A stretch of 43,692 nt of DNA, the filler included, from Catajapyx aquilonaris (lineage: Eukaryota): assembly GCA_000934665.2 (NCBI GenBank). It is 2 parts of 2 records of this genome, joined end to end, with 100 filler letters (N's around TTAATTAATTAA, not from the genome) between each part and the next. Parts side by side here need not be neighbours in the genome. Positions count along the whole stretch, not along the records: positions 21,885 to 43,692 come from KZ539449.1; 1 more part is not named here. One strand, 5' to 3'. Positions 22,419 to 35,304 of this stretch are shown piece by piece. A program made the position numbers and the translations under genes. The notes below the pieces were generated by a model. The model saw nothing but the letters and a program-made list of their open reading frames with translations. It was not told where the DNA came from and made no database searches. The first letter of the stretch is position 1, and each line of letters opens with the position of its first letter.

Positions 22419-22870
22419 ATCATAATACAGTAATCGAGACGGAGAAAGTGGCCACCACTTCACTAATAGCACATATTGTGTCAATGTCAGGGGGAGAGAT
22501 ACCAATTGGCTCTAGTTGTTGCCGATTCAGAATGTTTCGGCCTATAGCCTGGGGTCAATGCCAGAAACTGGCCAGAAATCAGCCTTAGTAGTATCCGCCC
22601 TTATGGGCCTATTGCGCCTGCGCCGACTAAAATAGGCCCGCCTCCAGTAGCACAATACTCATCTACGCAACCCACGTCATCGCTTGCAGTCGGATTCACG
22701 GTTGAAAATGGCCCGAGGAAAGCCCCAAGCACTATTTCAGACCGTAGTCATTCCTATTTTATACACATTACAGCCTACATTTCGCGGATCATCGTGTCTA
22801 CTGCTCCAACATGCATCACATCGCGTGTCAACAGACGAAGACCACATTCAAAGGAAACGAAACCAATTCA

Positions 22871-23086
22871 AGACTTCGGGGGAAGAACGATCAAGGTCCA
22901 CCTCAAGTGAAACTGAGATATTCCAATTTCAAATTTCCAACTTTCCCACTTTCCCACTTCGGAGTCTTCCATTGTGACCTAGGATCATTACTCCACAACC
23001 ACCATATTCTACGCTAGCGAAACTATCTTCCGAGGTAACTCATTTTTGACAAAAAGTGGACCTTGATCGTTCTTCCCTCGAGGTCT
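22871..23086. mobile_element. MITE, possibly Kolobok-type
   Basis: 31-bp TIR AGAC(T/C)TCG(G/A)GGGAAGAACGATCAAGGTCCAC; flanks TTCA / TCAA, each one change from TTAA. Confidence 0.65.
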
Positions 23087-24094
23087 TCAATTATTGTTAG
23101 ACCACTATTACTCTAGCTGGATAATAAATGGTCGCATGATTCAGAGTTTTGTTTTGATTCTTCCCTTTGAAACAGCAAACTTGAAACATGCTTCAGGCAA
23201 TCTAACGCTGGTGAATAAGCGTTACCCAATTCCTCCCACTGCACATGTTGTTGTGAAACACAATGTGATGATCCCCTGAGGAACTTGCTTGGTGGCAGGA
23301 AATGGGAACATCTTATGGATTGATTTACTCTGGACTATTCAATTTTACACCTCTCCTTATAGTGTGGAACTCTTGGCCCACGTGTCAGATTGAATTATTA
23401 TTATTGTTGTTGTTGTTGTTGTTGTATTTTAAAGGCATATCCATAGAAAAGCACCTGTTATAATGCATCTTTGTAAATTTGATATTAATGGCTGTCCCTC
23501 AAAAATGAAAAAAAAACTGAATTTGAAAAAGAACTTTTTGTACTAGGTACATGCCAACATGACCCACTGTAAAATTACTGCTATCTTCAGAATATGACGC
23601 GATTAATTTTCAGCAACGATGATGATGATAACAATGACAACCGTGATAAGAGATTTAAAACCCTTGCGTCCATTTTTCTCTGAGAATGAATCCACACTTG
23701 TTCAGTCTAATGTCCCAATGCAGACAGATCATCATGGAATAGCACTAATCGCTCTTATTATGGGACCTGGCTCCGTGTATATATAAATACACAATAAGGG
23801 TTTATACCGGTTCCTTGTCTACAATTAACGGGTAAAACAAGGATATAAATTACCTAGATGTAGCCCTTAGGAGTTTTGAACGGTGCAGTTTGGGGGAGAA
23901 TACTTTATTGCTTGGCAAAGGGCAGATTCTTTACAACCTATGCCAGAACTTGACACTGGCACTACTTACGGGGATGCCATATTTATGGTGTGATGCTTAA
24001 TAATACCACCTAGGAAAAGTTGTTACTTTCCTCCTTTCCTCCACCCGCAAATCTAGGGACACAATTTTCATTTTATTCTTTTTCACTTCAACTA

Positions 24095-24645
24095 CAGTTG
24101 AATCCGGATATAACAGACTTCAAGGGACCGAGGAAATCAGTCTGATATAACCGAGGTCTGTTGTAGCCAAATCGTCATTTTGGCAACGAATACACGAAGT
24201 TTTCTGCTTTCCACATGCCTATAATGCACACTACTACATACTGATTAATGAAGCTATCCACAAACATGTGAAATCAGCTCATCAGTAAATTAGGCAGGGC
24301 CAAATAAAAATCAGTCATTTTCTCCTGCGAAATACCAGAAAAGTATGACTTGGACCTTTTCGGCAAGTGTTAGATCAGTGACAGGTAGAAAAATCACCCC
24401 CGCTCCAGTGTGCAGTGATTTCCTTTCGTGGGAAAGGAAGTTGAGTAATCAAAAACAGCATATTTTCCCTTCCAGGGACGAAAGAAATGGTCTGTTATAG
24501 CCGGGGTGGGGCGCAAATGAGGCTGGTATTTCAGGAGTAAAAATACACAGGGCCGTATGCAAGTTTGCCGAGACCGACCTTTCCAGTCTGTTATAACCGA
24601 AAGTTCGTTATAGCCAAAGCTGTTATATCCGGATTCGATCAACTG
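24095..24645. mobile_element. pogo/Tigger-like MITE
   Basis: TIR CAGTTGAATCCGGATATAACAG (right copy has a 4-bp insertion); TA on the left; subterminal GTTATA(A/G)CC repeats. Confidence 0.8.
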
Positions 24646-24930
24646 CAATAAAATTATTGTTCCCCTGTTTCTGTAAAGTTGACAAGATATGCGCTCACAT
24701 TCTTTCAATGAGCGTAATGACGAGCAGATGGGCAAGGTCTCACGTACAAAATTCGACTTTTGGCTATCTCCAAAACGGCCGGGAATTTTGCGATTATGAG
24801 GATTTTTGGCATCGGTGAAGCAGAGGCAAGAAATCCAACGGAACTTCGACCAGCGCTCTACGACCTCGGGGAGTGCGAAATCTTTTCCATCCTATATCCT
24901 CATCCTCCTCGGAGAGGGGCTTCATATATA

Positions 24931-25187
24931 CAGTAAAACTTCTATAAGTCGAACTACCCTAAGTCGAAGTTCTCTATAAGTCGAAGAAAATTACGAGCTT
25001 GGTTGGTCACAATGTAAAATAATAGGAAATAAACTTCCCTAACTCGAATTTCTATAACTCGAAGTTCTCCATAACTCGAAGTGCAGGCAGGGCCTTACGA
25101 TGGGATATCAAAGCATTTTCAGTCTCCCTAAGTCCAAGTTCATGTTGGCGGGTACGGAAAATTTTCTCATTTCCCAGCCGAAGGGTC
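24931..25187 (+). mobile_element. pogo/Tigger-like one-ended fragment, copy 1
   Basis: TA-CAGTAAAACTTCTATAAGTCGAA start, TAA(G/C)TCGAA subterminal repeats; highly similar to 33944-34190. Confidence 0.8.
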
Positions 25188-25389
25188 GAGAGTAGGCCAC
25201 ATGTACAGAAACCTGACAGAAAGGCTTCAATATCCTGATCTCCATCTATCAGACGTACCGAAAGAAGTGTTTGACTCCATTGTGACAATTGAATCCTTGA
25301 ATCTAAGAGGAGGCAAATGTCCATAACCGAGTTCGGGTGTGGATTTCCGTATGCAAGTTCTTCTCGCTGGCCTGTGGGTGTTCTGGTCG

Positions 25390-25924
25390 TTCTCCCGAAT
25401 GGAAACCCAAACATTCCTCAATAACTTCTTAACTATGGTATGGTTCCCGATGAAAATTGACATACATGATACTTACCTTGTATCATGCCAAACAAGGTCT
25501 GACTAAAGAATATACCAAAAGTGGTCCCCTCCAGCATCCAAGATTTTTTTAATGCGAGTCTGCATATTGCCGAAGACGCCTGCAGATGCGGGAATGGCTC
25601 AATCTCCGGCCCGCCCGCCTGCTTGGCGAGAGGGCATCGCAAGGCAACGGGAACAGTCCAATTCGTTTTGGGGTATGATGGGCCTTACGGCGGCGAGTGG
25701 CGGGCGTCGATTGATGCCATCCCCGCCGCCTATCTGCAGGAGTCTTCGGCAATATGCAGACTCGGATTAAAAAATTCTTGGATGCTGGAGGGGACCACTT
25801 TTGGTATATTCTTTAGTCAGATCTTGTTTGGCATGATACAAGGTAAGTACATGTCAATTTTCATCGGGAACCATACCATAGTTAAGAAGTTATTGAGGAA
25901 TGTTTGGGTTTCCATTCGGGAGAA
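25390..25924. mobile_element. Foldback element with ~200-bp near-identical arms
   Basis: 25390-~25588 is the reverse complement of ~25731-25924; GC-rich, weakly paired centre; no TSD found. Confidence 0.8.
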
Positions 25925-26149
25925 TCACCATGCATGAGCTATAGGATGATCCGACACGGAACACAAAAGATGCTTACACGAATTATGATTCTTTAGGTGA
26001 TGATTTCCAGTAAGGAGAAGGCATTTGGTCATTTGTAGCCGTTCAAAGTCGACTGCTTACCCCTCCTCTTGTGGGACCAAAACAGCAATGGCCAATGGGT
26101 GCTTTTTCTGTCCCATATCAGCCATGTGCCTCAAAATTGCATCAAAATC

Positions 26150-26825
26150 CAGGGTCATCGAAAAATAACGTCATTTTTTAAAACCCTATAACTTGAAAAC
26201 TTGTAGACATATCTACATGATTCAAGTTTTGACATGCTAAGAAATGTCTACATTTTGGTACTACCATAGTTTGTTTCGATATGAGCTCCGTTTGTCGCTT
26301 GTCAAATGTAAATATGGTGATCAGTGTCGTGCCTAACCCACTCGGTCATGATGGCGTTACTGTTGCAGTCCTAGCCCGTAGGCGCTGGAGATTCCGGATC
26401 TTTTCACCATGCATGTACAGTATCTCCACAGAAAAGTCAATCGGGTATGATCTGGGCTTCTGGGAAACTTCTCATTAAAGACTTGGCACACTGGGAGGCT
26501 GAACAAATGTAACTTTCTTACGGCAGGTTTGTTTCATGGATGAGGTGACTTTTTATGTGCATCATCAAGAACAATGTGTGTTGTGTTGAGATCCGTCATC
26601 TCCAGCACCTACGGGATAGGATGGAAACGGTAACTCCAGATATGATTGAGCGGGTTTGGCACGAGAACGAACACCGTCTTTTTTATCTACTGAGCAACAA
26701 ATGAAGCTCACATCGAAACAAACTAAGATAAAACATTTCAAAACTTATATCAGTCTACATGTCTACAAGTTTTCCAGTTACAGGTTGTTTTTAGGGGGGG
26801 GGGGCATTCTTTTTTGATGACCCTG
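26150..26825. mobile_element. Rearranged non-autonomous Tc1/mariner element built from two 3' ends
   Basis: TIR CAGGGTCATC(G/A)AAAAA. Transposase relics: PRSPD..PIDF on the minus strand; FLRQVCFMDEVTF and LQHLRDRMETVTPDMIERVW...AHIETN* on the plus strand. Confidence 0.8.
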
Positions 26826-29607
26826 TATCAACTTTGGGCATACATAATACGCAAAGTACTGTATATCAATGTTTGGCAGTGTAATGGGGGTTATGCTGAG
26901 GCTCAGGGATGTTTTAGCTGTCAGAAATTTAGGCCGAAAAACCGTGCCTAGACGCCATGTATAGAGGGAGACTGGGCAATGATAGCATATAGTGACGCCA
27001 TGTTTTGTCTTGCCAAGAATGAATTGACATGTATGTAAGCCATGTGTCTCTCATGGTGGACCATCTTGTATGTATCTCTATTGTACCATTTCCACTTCGT
27101 GGTGAGACGGGCATAAGAGCTTGCGAGAAGTGGTATTTGAGAGAAAATTAGAGACATTATAGCGTGAGAGAGAAGACAACTGACGAACGGGGTTCGAGAA
27201 TGGGCTTCTCATTCTCCCTCATGCAACGACAGATTCTCGCAAGCTTGTGAACGCACCTTACGGACTTATCACCATCCACCCTAGCTGCCTCAACCACGGC
27301 ATGCGTTTTCTTGCTCTCAAATCGGAAATGTATAAACCGATGATCATATTGCACGGAGCATAAGCATTGTATCGTGGTTGTAGATCAGTTACGCCAGCAT
27401 TAAGCCAAAACTTGGCAAAACCTGGACCACAATCAGTGGATCCGACCCTAGTAACATATTTCCTCTTAACCTTCTTCACTTTCCTTGTCTGAATATGACA
27501 GCCATGGAAAACTCTCACAAAGAAGCACTACAAAATGAATATCACTGCTGAAGCTATTCGGTTCTGGATGTGTGTCATGCCGAGTTTGAAAATATTCGGC
27601 CCACGTATACTTTTCTGCAAGCGTCGGACAGGTGCTGAGCTAAAATGGTAGAGAAGTTTACATATCGACAAAAATTGTCAGCCGAGTGGAAAGTAATATT
27701 TGACAGCCAAAGTTCTACATACCGCAAGTTGCAATTCTTTTCCTTCTAAAATAGTGCACCGTTTTCAGAATCGTGTATCGGAAATACTATGCACTGTATT
27801 TAAGCTTCCTTTATAATTATTGCATACCATAGTCCATTTCAAGCTTGACATGAGTTACAGATCGCTCGATTTTACACAAATATTTTATGCAATAAGACAG
27901 AAATTAGTACATGCTTTCTCTTAGAAAGATATTCCCCATGTTAGCCAGGTGGGTGTATACATAGGCAAAATACTCGCATTATTGCATTTCAACGCTTAAA
28001 ATGTCAAAAGTGTATATTGTCTTTGGTGTAATAAAATATTCACGACCAAGGCCAGCGCACTTTTGGGAAACAATAGGTTATGTTTGCAAAAAAAAAAGCA
28101 TGCATATTATAGGTATAGAGGGATAAAGTACACTTTGGGAATGTCTCTTGAGAACAATCACTCAGAGGAGCCAGCCCTATTACTGTACTAAATGTGACTA
28201 TTTCACAACGTGCCACATATTTTCTGTGATTGCAAAAAACGAGTGATGTAAGGATCTCTTCTGATTCCTAGACGATTAGAGTAAAAAAGAGGCTAGCTTT
28301 TGATTTGAATTAGACGTAACTTGAATATGCTCACGAACATAATAGGTATTGCAGGCCTATAGTGTTTCTTTTTTTGGGCAGCCCGATGGAGCTCAATTCG
28401 TTTCAAATACAATTTGAGAAATTCCCATCACTTATAAGGCGAGCAGCAGCAATTACCCTATTAAAGTAATTCATTAAACTGATCGGATCACTAGTTATTT
28501 CCCACGCACCTCTCCATTGAAGACCATATTATATATATGTTTTGAAATCCTCCCGCTAAGTGAAAAATCATAAGCATTATTTACATGTCAGCCTTAATTA
28601 CGGTTGGGAAGGGGAACTTGTATAATGGCTTTATTTATGATGCTAGCGTAGGTGGAAATGTACAGGTACGAATTATTCTTTATTGTTTGATTTTTTAAAT
28701 CCCCATTGCCGCCATTGGAACCCCCTGAGCACACAATCATATCCGATGACCCCGTGAAGGGACTGGCTGATTCCACGTCCCCAAATCGCTAAATATCATA
28801 GTTGGAGGTGTTCGTGAAGACATCTGTCTTGTCCTCCAATAGTTCCTTCTTTTTTGAGTCAGAAGTTGGTAAAAGAGTCACAGCAATGCTCTCAGGGAGA
28901 GGAAGAGCACGGCAGCCAACTGACGGACACAACATGTGCGTGAAAAATGAAAGGAGAAGATTTATTTTCCTTCCCCTCCCTATCCTTACAATAATAATCT
29001 AGGCCGGAAAAGAGTAGCTTCATCACAACGCAAGCCTATAGGAAATTGGACTGACTCATTATCATCTAGAAGCATCAGGGAGCGTGAAATTTATGGCAGA
29101 TCAAAATAGATATCAAAGGAGCAGAAAGGTACAAAGTGGAAGGAGGTGGGTGGGTAGGTGAGGAGAAGGCGGGATTGTTGCCATGCCAAAAACCCACATG
29201 TTGCTGCATTATTAATTTGGAACCTTGGCTGCCTGACTCACTCACTCATTCTTGCCCGTTCTTCAATATATTCATTACACAGGCCTGCAATCAAAAGACC
29301 TCATGGAAACTAATAGCCGATTCTGATAGATGTCTGCTGGGTGCTGATTTCAGGAAAAGTACTTCTAAAGTTCCATCACCCACCAATTTTCCACAAACTC
29401 GCATTTTTATTTCCCTAGCCATAGATCCACTGTCTTAAGCTTCTAAGGGAACTGATGGGTATTCAGTCACAACTAATGGTTCTATAGTACCATCATTAGG
29501 ATAATTCAGGAACCAGTTTGTCAGAAAATGAGGTCTGTGATGACTTGTCTTACTCCTTTTTGTTTCTCCCCTTTTCACACTGCATACTCTTTACTCTGTG
29601 TTTCTCG

Positions 29608-29829
29608 TAGGGCTGTGCGATATCCGAAATTGCATATCGACTTTCGATACTCAAAAAATATCGCATCGAAGTCGATATATCGAAAATCGAAAAACCGACA
29701 TCGCAAAATATCGCAAACCGACATCGCGATATTCGATACATCGCACATGCCAAGCGTCGGATATCGCAACTTCGATATTAGGAAAATATCGCATCGACAC
29801 TCGATGTATCGAAATATCGCACAGCCCTA
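29608..29829. mobile_element. hAT MITE
   Basis: TIR TAGGGCTGTGCGATAT; perfect 8-bp TSD GTTTCTCG (29600-29607, 29830-29837); internal ATATCG repeats. Confidence 0.95.
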
Positions 29830-31285
29830 GTTTCTCGAGGTGTCATATCTTAATGAGTTTTTCTCCTTAGTAATTGAGTTTACTTTTGGTTTTATTATGT
29901 CAAGTGAACTAAATGGCTTCAAGGGGGTCTATTGAATCATATGATTCCTTTTGTTACATACATATATGGGGAATTAGTAGTAAATAAATACGAAAAAATA
30001 TGACTATGATGAACGTGTCATGCACATTTAGGAGTACAACTTGTACCACCAGGATAAGACACAGGCTGCACATAAAGTGTCATCATACTGGTGTATAAGA
30101 CCTCCGAAAGGGGTCAAAAGGCGAGAAAAAAATCTTTCCCATTTGGAGTTCCCATGATCTGCAGGGAACCCTGAAAGCACAGTAATGATGACTGACACTT
30201 TTGTTCGTGTAGCTTACACTGATTCCATCGTAATAATAAAGATGGCATTCCTATCAGAACCTCCCGTCGGCAATAATCCATGTTCCTCTTGGCCCATGAA
30301 CACCTGTACCTACACCTACAGAGAAAGTAAAAGACATGGCCAAAGACTCTGAAGAATATCATACTTATTACGACGACTTTTACGGGAAATTAGCCTTCAG
30401 TCTCATCAAATATATTGTAATACAAGGATCGTGGATTGACAATACGCAGTGATCTCAAGTTTTTCCATGCTTTTTGGACAACAAATGCATTTAATGAAGG
30501 AAAAAACTTGAACAGAATACATACCATATCTTCATATCAAGTTTGTGGAAAATCCTTGGGTGATGGAGAAAAACGGAGGACATATTATTTTGAAATCAGC
30601 ACACCAAATATCATTAGAATTAGTCAAAATCTTGCAAGAAATTTTTAATGACCCTAATTTTGCAGGCCTGTGTTATCATTGTCTCTCATGTAGGATATTA
30701 GCCAAAATAATGCTTCATGATTTCCATTTCATTCTGTCTTGTTCAGTTTGCTGAAGAAAATCAGGGAAAATACCGAGCAATGCTAATCTGACGGTGTTTA
30801 CCGATGATCGTCTCATGAGAAATACACTTTGTCGCGTCATCAGGCTCAATCATGAGTGTGCCTAATGGTAACAAGGTGTACACTTGATGGTAGAACTCGG
30901 CAGATGTGGACAATGAGGAGGACGCTCGATGAAATAACCCGATCTACTAAATCAACTACAATCTTTACCAACCTGTCTCAAAATGGCATACTGCACCCTG
31001 AGAATTGATAGGGAATTCGTTTAGAATCAACCTTCCCAAGGGGTTGAGTGTAAAATCCAAGCTCCCCTATATAGCTTTCACTTCAGATACCATTTCCATC
31101 TCGTCAGATCAATCAGATCTCATCATCACAAGGATTTTCTTCCAAATCTAATTATCGGGCACCTACGCACATGACTGTATAAGTTACGCAGCATACGCAT
31201 AAAAACAAACACGTGCACCCGCCACGCCAGCTCTATTCCACGGAGGTAACTTACCCAATGGATCACCGTGGCAACGTACTGTATA

Positions 31286-31720
31286 CAGGGTGTTCATGAA
31301 AAACACCGACAAACCTATATCACCCCCGACCTAGGGACCAGACGATCACATTATGTAGATGAGTGATTATTCCTGGGCCGCCTCATTACCGCGCAAATTG
31401 CCTTCAAACAGGTAGTATAAAATATCCTGGAAGTTAGGCCACCCAACGAACCCTTCCCCAGTCAGAAGGCTCTGGAAGGTCTGGGGGCCGGACTTTGTTG
31501 GTTTGTTGCCCACAGGTGGTAAGGCCTCTATGGCTAGTTACACCTGTAAATTCTATTTAAAAGTCAGAAGGAGCGATTAGGCAAATATCGCTAATCAGCA
31601 ACGAGTCAATTATCTCAGTAATGAGGCGGTGTAGACATAATGACTCCTCTACATAAAATGACCCTCACGTTACCATTGGCCACTGGTATCAGTTTGTCGG
31701 TGTTTTTCATGAACACCCTG
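31286..31720. mobile_element. Tc1/mariner MITE
   Basis: Perfect 29-bp TIR CAGGGTGTTCATGAAAAACACCGACAAAC; TA TSD. Confidence 0.93.
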
Positions 31721-31820
31721 TATACAGAAGTAAACAAGCTACCCATCCAGGCTGACCGACCGGTCTAGGGGTCTAAGTCAACTAGCCGCATAAGCAACCT
31801 GTACGTATGATACATAGGTA

Positions 31821-31962
31821 CTATCGGGTTCAAATACTCTTGGTCACTTTATCCTGGTCTTGAAGGAACCCGTCACACACACTCACCTCCTTAACGTGGG
31901 GTCTGTACGAATGGTTGCTTCAAGACCAGGATAAAGTGGCCAAAAGTATTTGAACCCGATAG
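31821..31962. mobile_element. Small mariner-like MITE
   Basis: 45-bp near-perfect TIR CTATCGGGTTCAAATACT...; TA on the left only. Confidence 0.75.
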
Positions 31963-33041
31963 ACATTAGGCATGAAAGACAGACACAGACTCACTGTAAA
32001 ACCGATCGGTGCAAAAGTGGGGGGTTCAACTGAAACGGGTCGCATTCCTGGAGCCAGATGGAAGGAAGCAGGCTGCACAAAACCTTCGGTCAAACAAATC
32101 AAACAAGTGAATGAAACCAGCAATCGCCAGTATTTTTACCGACAGACTACCTACTGCTGCTAGCCAACTTATGAAATGCCCGTAGTGGTTAGCGATTTTT
32201 CGCACTAAACTGCTCGTTGTTAATTAGTCACATTTGCAGTTTTTAAGTGGTCGTGGTTTATGAATCGATGGTTATCAAAAGTATTAGCTCTAGTCCCAAT
32301 CAATCATCAATCATCCATTCAAGCTGTGAATAGTATTAATTTCCGATCGGGGGCCGTATTATTTTCTTCTTGTATGTTATATATGTACTCCAGTTCTGAA
32401 TTCAACAACATGTTGAAATGAAATTTGGGCAAATTTTCTCAAATAATAACCAAACCGTTCTCGGTCTGAATTCACCCGTGGTTTGGTTTCAGGAGTTGAC
32501 TGTTACATCCTGGGGGTTCAGTCAGCGCCATCCAAACATGAATTGAAGGATAATTATATTTGATACCCACACCACAACACTGCAAATGGCTCACCATAAA
32601 AGGCAATAATTGTACTTTTACAGTGCAAGGCGTAAAACCTTGACACTTTTAGATGGCTCCGATTGAAACGTAACATGACTTTTTTACACCCTAGTAGAGA
32701 AGACCTTCCCACCTCGACTTGTGTGCTTATAGGCTGCATACTAGCATGTTCAAAATAGCCATCTGACGAGCTTTCCAAGTGGCACCACTGCGCGCAAAGG
32801 GATGGATAGTATCGATACTGGTATCGAATGAAAAGGACATGGTTAGTTTCTTGGAGGAAAAAATCTCCTTTTCGTCAAGAATGCCGCAATATTCCTCAGT
32901 GCTGGGGTGTAGTCTCAACAGCTTTCTTGGGATAAAGACCTGAATATGAAATAACGAGTGATTTTTCTAAGTAAGCAGGACCAGAAAGGATAGATTTTCC
33001 TGTGAGCCGCGGTAATTTGTATTGGATGTTTTTGCTAATAA

Positions 33042-33115
33042 GGGGCCATCCATAAATCACGTGACACTTGTTTGGGGCCATTTTCGACACCCCCCCCCCT
33101 CCCCCCCTTGTCACG
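33042..33115 (+). mobile_element. PIF/Harbinger MITE end (single end)
   Basis: TAA followed by GGGGCCATCCATAAATCACGT and a C-tract, typical of this MITE class. Confidence 0.55.
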
Positions 33116-33356
33116 TGATATTTTTTGTTCCTATTGAGACTGCATTCGTAGGCCTACTTGACAATGCTATATTGCAAGACATATAAACGGCGGTATTGTA
33201 AGGGAGGGGAGGGGGGGATGTACTGATTCATTGCAATTACATATTACCGTATAATTTTTTGTAGATTACAATTATTTTATATCAATATAACTTAACCAAA
33301 ACTAGATCTCCCCCTGGGGGTCCAAATGCACTCCGCATCCCTTCCAGGAACGAGAC

Positions 33357-33744
33357 CAGTGGTTCCCAACCTGGGGGGCGTGAGAGGATTTCAGGGGGGG
33401 GGNNNNNNNNNNNNNNNNNNNNNNNNNNNNNNNNNNNNNNNNNNNNNNNNNNNNNNNNNNNNNNNNNNNNNNNNNNNNNNNNNNNNNNNNNNNNNNNNNN
33501 NNNNNNNNNNNNNNNNNNNNNNNNNNNNNNNNNNNNNNNNNNNNNNNNNNNNNNNNNNNNNNNNNNNNNNNNNNNNNNNNNNNNNNNNNNNNNNNNNNNN
33601 NNNNNNNNNNNNNNNNNNNNNNNNNNNNNNNNNNNNNNNNNNNNNNNNNNNNNNNNNNNNNNNNNNNGGGGGGGGGGGGGGGGGTTGAGTGTTTGGTGAA
33701 AACGAAAAGGGGGGCGTCATGACGAAAAAGGTTGGTAACCACTG
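33357..33744. mobile_element. hAT (Charlie-like) MITE spanning an N gap (33403-33667)
   Basis: TIR CAGTGGTT(C/A)CCAACCT; 8-bp TSD AACGAGAC / AACTAGAC (7/8). Confidence 0.85.
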
Positions 33745-33943
33745 AACTAGACTATAAAAGAACCATGTACACCGCAACAAAGATCATATGTTGGCCTTTG
33801 CATGGCTTTTATCTTATAGGCCTAGAGGTAGATTTGAAATACGAAAACTCGCGCGGTGTTTAATATATTAAATTTGCTATCATTGATCGCTCTCTCTGTA
33901 GCCCAGGCGACCCAAGAGGCAGTGCTGGCATTGAATTTTAATA

Positions 33944-34190
33944 CAGTAAAGTCGAATATCCCTAAATCGAAGCTCTCTATAAGTCGAAGAAAATGACGAG
34001 CTTGGTTGCTCCCAATGTAAAAGAATAGGAAATAAACTTCCCTAACTCGAATTTCTATAACTCGAAGTTCTCCATAACTCGAAGTGCAGGCAGGGCCTTA
34101 CGATGGCATATCAATGCATTTTCAGTCTCCCTAAGTCCAAGTTCATGTTGGCGAGTACGGAAAATTGTCTCATTTCCCAGCCGAAGGGTC
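33944..34190 (+). mobile_element. pogo/Tigger-like one-ended fragment, copy 2
   Basis: Aligns with 24931-25187; both copies end at CCGAAGGGTC. Confidence 0.8.
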
Positions 34191-34559
34191 CGGAGCCAAT
34201 TCTATCCCCCCCATTGTCAATGGCAATCATTGATAAATTAATACAATTTCTCATTTACATGCATATTTTTCCAGAGATTATTATAATAATTTTATTAAAA
34301 TATAGTTTGTGACCCTCCTTCACGATCAAAAATATCATGTTCACGACCCACAGCTTGTCTCAATGCTATAACGTATCCTACACGGGATAAATTACAGCTG
34401 AAATTTATTTAAAACCTCAATTAATTCTGGCGAGAATTCAGGCCTTGCCCAACTCATGAAGTCACAACTATCAAATATGCAGCAGCGAGTTCATAATATG
34501 TATGCTTCATAATATGCTCTGTAACTTCCAATTTAGGCTCATCTGTGATCTATCATGTG

Positions 34560-34800
34560 GTTTTCCAACACCTCTTGCATAATTTCTTCAGTACCGGTAT
34601 ATTTTATATCCCAAGGAAAGATTTCCCTCACGATATGTCATTTGGTTGTCATCTGCCCACGCAAAGTGCGCCCCAAAAGCTCGCCTCCACTTATTTTCCG
34701 CCATTTTGCCCTTATGACGTACCCCAGGTTGCAGAGCTAGTTGCAGCATTTTTTGGGTTGCCGCAACTTCCTATTCTCTCTGTGTATTTCAGGTTGCGAA
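34560..34800 (-). mobile_element. Possible degenerate RTE-clade LINE ORF2 C-terminal relic
   Basis: Minus strand reads KWR..FGAHFAWADDNQMTYR, loosely resembling the KWxWAGHxxRxxDxRWT motif; heavily decayed. Confidence 0.3.
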
Positions 34801-34844
34801 CCGGGTTTCACAACCAAGTTGCCTCCTCTGAACGCCCCTTAAAC

Positions 34845-35304
34845 CACACACATTGTTCTTGATGATGCACATAAAAAGTCGCCTCATCCATGAAACAAAC
34901 CTGCTGTAGGAAAGCTTCATTTGTTCAGTCTCCCAATGTGCCAAGTCCTGAATGAGAAGTTTCCCCATGTCTATTGTCCTCCCAGAAGCCCAGAGCTTAC
35001 CCCGATCGACATTTTTAGGGGAGATACGTGTATGGTGAAAACTGAAAAGATCCGGCATGTGCCCAGCCCCTACGGGATAGAATCACAACGGTAACGCCAG
35101 ACATGCCTGAGAGGATTAGGCACGATACCAATTACGGTATTTACATTTGCTGAGCGACAAATGGAGCTCATATCGAAACAAACTAAGATGATACCAGAAC
35201 TTCAGACAGTTCTGATTATCTGAAAACTTAAATCATTAAGATATATTTACAAGTTTTCGAGTTATATGGTTTTTAAAATGGGACATTCATTTTTGATGAC
35301 CCTG
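34845..35304 (+). mobile_element. Tc1/mariner fragment, same family as 26150-26825, inverted
   Basis: Reverse complement of ~26150-26585; PPRSPELTPIDIF...ATNGAHIETN*; ends TTTGATGACCCTG-TA. Confidence 0.8.

Noticed and set aside
33302..33780. ORFs containing long X runs
   Set aside because: Artefacts of the N gap.
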